A stretch of DNA of 41,891 nucleotides, taken from contig DBBD01000051.1 of the NCBI GenBank assembly GCA_002292015.1, positions 1 to 41,891 of the forward strand. Reading direction: 5' to 3'. The notes below the pieces were generated by a model that was given only the letters and a program-made list of their open reading frames with translations, was not told the origin of the DNA and made no database searches. A program made the translations under genes and the position numbers. Position 1 is the stretch's first letter. Each line of letters opens with the position of its first letter. The stretch comes from Firmicutes bacterium UBA993 (GTDB taxonomy: Bacteria; Bacillota; Dethiobacteria; DTU022). Below, in pieces: positions 38,370 through 41,891 of the stretch.

Positions 38370-39897
38370 AGAAGTAACTGCCTATGCCCGCGGTACAGTG
38401 GCGACTGCGATCAACAAAACAGGGGAATGGCGCTTTCTGACGCCGGTCCGGCAGGATCGCTTATCACCCTGTCGCCAGGGTTGCCTGCTGCAGGGCGAAG
38501 TTCCGGGTTGGTTGGATGCGGTTAAAAAGGAACAGTGGGAAGAGGCCTGGAAGGTTATGAGCCGTAACAATCCCTTCCCGGCTTTAACCGGCTATGTCTG
38601 CTATAAACCCTGCCAGGAGAATTGCAACCGCGAACAGCTCGATCAGGGGATCGCTATCCAGGAGGTGGAGAAGGCTATCGGCGAGTGGCGACACACAAAC
38701 TATAAACCGCGAAAAAGGTTAAGAGAACGGAAGCAGAAAATTGCCGTGATCGGTTCGGGACCGGCCGGTTTGAGCTGTGCCTATTACCTGGCGGAAGCAG
38801 GATATGCAGTAACCGTTATTGAGCGTGCGGAGCAAATCGGAGGCATGCCGGCCCTCGGTATCCCGGAATACCGTCTACCGCGATCCATCCTGAAACGGGA
38901 ACTGGAGATCTTAGAAAGCGAGGGTATCGTTTTTATCAGGAACAGCGCCCTGGGGCGTGATTTTGAGCTTAAAGAACTCTATGTTGACTTTGATCAGGTC
39001 TTCCTGGCCACCGGGGCTTGGATGCCGCGGATGTCCGGTATACCGGGTGAAGAGAGTAAAAACGTATATAACGCCCTGGACTTTTTAAGCAGCTTCAATC
39101 GGGGTTTACGCCAGGAGCTGGGCCGGACTGTTATCGTTGTCGGTGGCGGTAACGCTGCTATAGACAGCGCCCGCGCCGCCCTGCGAGTAGACGGAGTACA
39201 CCACGTAACCCTGCTTTACCGGCGCAGCCGGGTGGAAATGCCGGCGGATCAGCATGAAGTGGAAGCTGCTGTAAAAGAAGGGGTAGAGCTAATCTTTAAT
39301 GTTTTGCCGCGCCGCATCGATCTTGCAGGCGGCAGGGTAAAGGGGGTTACTGTTGATCAGAGCCGCACGGATCGAGATGGCTTAATGGTGGACAGCTCGG
39401 TAAATTTTTACCGCGAGTGCGATACGGTGATCATGGCTCTCGGGCAATTGGCGGATTACAGTGTGTTCGGTAACCTGGAGACTAAACAAAAAATATTTGC
39501 GGGGGGTGACCTGATCAGCGGTCCGGCTACCGTTCCGGAGGCGATCCGGGCCGGTCGGCTGGCGGCCATCGGTATCAGGTCAGTTTACGAAGATTTACCG
39601 GAGCAAGATTTGGGAATACTTTCAAAGGAAATGGTTTCCTTTGAAGAGTTGAACCTGGCGGCCAAGTTTAACTTGGCACTGCAGCAAAAAGAGGCCGATC
39701 CGATCAGGGAAGCGGAGCGCTGCCTCGGCTGCGGGACCTGTAACTCCTGCGGTATCTGCTATCTTTTCTGCCCGGACCTTGCTGTTGATCAGGTCAGCGG
39801 AAGATTTGAATTTAACCTCGACTATTGTAAGGGTTGCGGGATCTGTGTCAAAGAATGTCCGGCTCGGGCATTGGGTATGGAAGGAGGCGGAAACTGA
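38350..39897 (+). CDS. Chimeric OFOR delta subunit: PorD-like N-terminal arm, GltD/NfnB-like Fe-S/FAD/NAD(P)H module, and 2x[4Fe-4S] ferredoxin domain
   Basis: Contains INKTGEWRFLTPV; NPFPALTGYVCYKPCQENC; two dinucleotide folds (KIAVIGSGPAGLSCAYYLAEAGYAVTVIE and TVIVVGGGNAAIDSARAA); and C-terminal CNSCGICYLFCP plus CKGCGICVKECP. TTG start is 9 nt after GAGGAGG. The stop overlaps the alpha-subunit ATG (TGATG). Confidence 0.8.
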   Translation: MLEAPVREVTAYARGTVATAINKTGEWRFLTPVRQDRLSPCRQGCLLQGEVPGWLDAVKKEQWEEAWKVMSRNNPFPALTGYVCYKPCQENCNREQLDQGIAIQEVEKAIGEWRHTNYKPRKRLRERKQKIAVIGSGPAGLSCAYYLAEAGYAVTVIERAEQIGGMPALGIPEYRLPRSILKRELEILESEGIVFIRNSALGRDFELKELYVDFDQVFLATGAWMPRMSGIPGEESKNVYNALDFLSSFNRGLRQELGRTVIVVGGGNAAIDSARAALRVDGVHHVTLLYRRSRVEMPADQHEVEAAVKEGVELIFNVLPRRIDLAGGRVKGVTVDQSRTDRDGLMVDSSVNFYRECDTVIMALGQLADYSVFGNLETKQKIFAGGDLISGPATVPEAIRAGRLAAIGIRSVYEDLPEQDLGILSKEMVSFEELNLAAKFNLALQQKEADPIREAERCLGCGTCNSCGICYLFCPDLAVDQVSGRFEFNLDYCKGCGICVKECPARALGMEGGGN

Positions 39898-41036
39898 TGG
39901 CATTAAAGATGATCAGCGGCAACCAGGCCGCAGCAATAGCAGTTCAGCGCGTAGGAGTTGACCTGGTTACTGCCTACCCGATTACACCTCAGACTGCCAT
40001 TGTGGAGGCGCTCGCTGATTTTGCCGCTAACGGTGAACTCGGCGGTGATTTTGTCAGTGTAGAATCTGAATATGCGGCGTTAGCCTGCTGTAACGGCGCC
40101 GCAGCGACCGGTGCGCGGGTTTTTACAGCGACCGGTTCGCATGGACTGGCCTATATGCATGAGATGATCCACTGGTGCAGCGGAGCCCGGCTTCCGATAG
40201 TGATGGTCAATGTCAATCGCACAATTGGTGCTCCCTGGTGTCTTGATCCGGACCAGGGAGACAGCCTGAGCCAAAGAGATACCGGCTGGCTGCAGCTTTA
40301 TTGTGCCAACGGACAAGAAGTTTTTGATTCGGTGATCCAGGCTTTTATCCTGGCCGAAAAGCTGTTGCTGCCTTGCATGGTGGTCTTTGATGGTTTTTAC
40401 ATCTCGCATACCTATGAAGTTGTAGATGTGGCCGATGAAGAAATAGTTCGTAAATTGGTTGGCCCACCTGCATTTGCGCCCCAGGTAATACCGGGTCAGC
40501 CGGGTAACCTGCACGGCCTTTCAACCGGTGAAACGCAGCTGAAACTGGTTAAAGAGCGGCATCAGGCAATGTCAGGGGTTCCTTTGTTGTTTGCTCAAAT
40601 CAACGCCGCTTTTAACGAACAGCTTGGTCGGAGCTACAACATTGTGGAGGCGATGATCCCGCCGGGAGCCAAAAGAGCTGTTGTTGCCGTCGGCGCGACT
40701 GCGGAAACAGTCCGGTGGGCATTACCGGCACTTGATCATACGGGCCTAATCCAGCTACGCCTCTTCAGGCCATTTCCGGCGGCTGAAATCCGAGAAGTCG
40801 TCAGGGAAAAAGGGTTAAATGAGTTGCTGGTGATTGATCGCAACTGCTCGGTCGGCATGGGGGGGATTTTTGCCCAGGAGCTGCGAAGCGCTCTTTATGG
40901 AATGAAAAGCCCGCCGCTGGTTCGCAGCCTGATTTTGGCGGGCGGCGTGGATCTGACCGAGAATATGCTGCTTGATCTGCTTCAATCAACTGGGCCAGAA
41001 GAGAACTTCGCTCTTAGGTGGGGAGATGAATTTTAA
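39897..41036 (+). CDS. 2-oxoacid:ferredoxin oxidoreductase, alpha subunit
   Basis: MALKMISGNQAAAIAVQRVGVDLVTAYPITPQT... is a canonical alpha N-terminus. The upstream 21 codons in the track overlap the previous gene. Confidence 0.88.
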   Translation: MALKMISGNQAAAIAVQRVGVDLVTAYPITPQTAIVEALADFAANGELGGDFVSVESEYAALACCNGAAATGARVFTATGSHGLAYMHEMIHWCSGARLPIVMVNVNRTIGAPWCLDPDQGDSLSQRDTGWLQLYCANGQEVFDSVIQAFILAEKLLLPCMVVFDGFYISHTYEVVDVADEEIVRKLVGPPAFAPQVIPGQPGNLHGLSTGETQLKLVKERHQAMSGVPLLFAQINAAFNEQLGRSYNIVEAMIPPGAKRAVVAVGATAETVRWALPALDHTGLIQLRLFRPFPAAEIREVVREKGLNELLVIDRNCSVGMGGIFAQELRSALYGMKSPPLVRSLILAGGVDLTENMLLDLLQSTGPEENFALRWGDEF

Positions 41037-41891
41037 ATGAATATAGCAGAATTGAACCGTCAGAACGAAATTATTTTTCCGGGGCACAATGCCTGCCCGG
41101 GTTGTGGCGCTGCGCTTGCGGTTCGCTATCTGACCAGGGCTCTTGGTGAGAATATCGTCCTGGTACTGACCGCTTCATGCTGGAGCATCATATCCGGAAT
41201 GCCGCCTTTGACAGCGCTGAAATGCCCGATCTTGCATTGTCCGTTCCCGAGCGCCGGATCTGTCGGCAGCGGTGTACGCAGGGGGCTGAACGTCAGGGGT
41301 CATAACGATACAACTGTTGTAGTGCTGGCTGGTGACGGCGGTACTTTCGATATCGGGCTGCAGGCTCTCTCCGGGGCGGCACAGCGCAATGAAGACTATA
41401 TTTTCGTCTGTTATGACAACGAAGCTTATATGAACACGGGGATGCAGACCAGTTCGGCCACACCTTTCGGCGCTCGCACCAATACAGCGCCCTACCCGCT
41501 CTACAAAGAGGGTGAGAAGAAGGATATTATGCAGATCATGGCGGCGCATGCGGTACCCTATGCGGCCACAGCCACGGTAGCCTTTCCGGCCGATCTGGAA
41601 GCAAAATTAAAAACCGCCCAATCGATCAGGGGATTCCGTTTTATTCATATCCTTGTCCCCTGCCCACCGGGATGGGGGACTGAATCTGCCGATACAGTCG
41701 AGGTTTCAAGGCTGGCCGTTGCCACAGGATTTTTTCCGCTTTATGAAGTCCGAAATGGAGCTGTTTGGAAGCTAACTGTTCCGGCCGACATGAAAAACGT
41801 CTCCCTCAGCGAGTATTTGAACCGGCAGCGCCGCTTCAGGGAGATGGACAATCGCCGCCTAAACGAGCTGCAGCACGAAATTAATCGCGAT
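41037..41891 (+). CDS. 2-oxoacid:ferredoxin oxidoreductase, beta (TPP-binding) subunit, 3'-truncated by the window end
   Basis: This ORF is not in the track because no stop codon is reached. ATG 41037 is 1 nt after the alpha stop, and the frame stays open to 41891 (285 codons). Contains FPGHNACPGCG and the TPP motif LAGDGGTFDIGLQALSGAAQRNEDYIFVCYDNEAYMNTG. Confidence 0.85.
   Translation, partial: MNIAELNRQNEIIFPGHNACPGCGAALAVRYLTRALGENIVLVLTASCWSIISGMPPLTALKCPILHCPFPSAGSVGSGVRRGLNVRGHNDTTVVVLAGDGGTFDIGLQALSGAAQRNEDYIFVCYDNEAYMNTGMQTSSATPFGARTNTAPYPLYKEGEKKDIMQIMAAHAVPYAATATVAFPADLEAKLKTAQSIRGFRFIHILVPCPPGWGTESADTVEVSRLAVATGFFPLYEVRNGAVWKLTVPADMKNVSLSEYLNRQRRFREMDNRRLNELQHEINRD

Noticed and set aside
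41175-41549. 124-aa minus-strand ORF.
   Set aside because: It is a shadow ORF antisense to the TPP-binding OFOR beta subunit, whose frame stays open from 41037 to the end of the window.

Overview
This 41.9-kb chromosomal window appears to come from an anaerobic Firmicutes/Clostridia-type genome. The evidence is a CIRCE-controlled groESL, a T-box leader, frequent GTG/TTG starts with strong GGAGG ribosome-binding sites (RBS), B12-dependent acyl-CoA chemistry and 2-oxoacid:ferredoxin oxidoreductase (OFOR) genes. I saw no rRNA, tRNA, CRISPR array, transposase or prophage signature. All family calls come from motif recognition by eye; no database search was run.

Gene content, left to right:
1. 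A cell-envelope glycopolymer block: a polyprenyl-phosphate sugar transferase, an FAD oxidoreductase, two LCP ligases (one with a C-terminal PASTA domain) and an SDR epimerase, with a convergent DUF368 membrane protein.
2. A YfcE-like phosphoesterase, a small Cys-rich ORF and groES-groEL behind a sigma-A promoter plus CIRCE operator.
3. A solitary acyl-CoA dehydrogenase (ACAD) behind a palindrome-rich control region.
4. On the minus strand, a stand-alone TrpB2-type tryptophan synthase beta chain under a clear T-box leader (apparent specifier UGG), and a DUF2148 gene.
5. A purine de novo operon, purB-purC-purF-[hppA]-purM-purN-purH-purD. It is preceded by a ykkC-family riboswitch whose gene context fits the PRPP-sensing subclass, and it is interrupted by a membrane pyrophosphatase gene.
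6. With no visible terminator after purD: thiolase, two ACADs, a corrinoid adenosyltransferase, MeaB and a two-subunit B12 acyl-CoA mutase. The mutase's discriminating residues (RQF..., AQK...) indicate isobutyryl-CoA mutase rather than methylmalonyl-CoA mutase.
7. A TetR-SDR pair on the minus strand, then ligA.
8. A PAS/sigma-54 enhancer-binding protein followed by a four-gene OFOR cluster.

The most unusual element is in that OFOR cluster. The delta (ferredoxin) subunit is split by a complete GltD/NfnB-like Fe-S/FAD/NAD(P)H module, which predicts a pyridine-nucleotide-linked, possibly bifurcating, 2-oxoacid oxidoreductase. A sigma-54 promoter-like motif also sits against the 5' arm of the upstream terminator.
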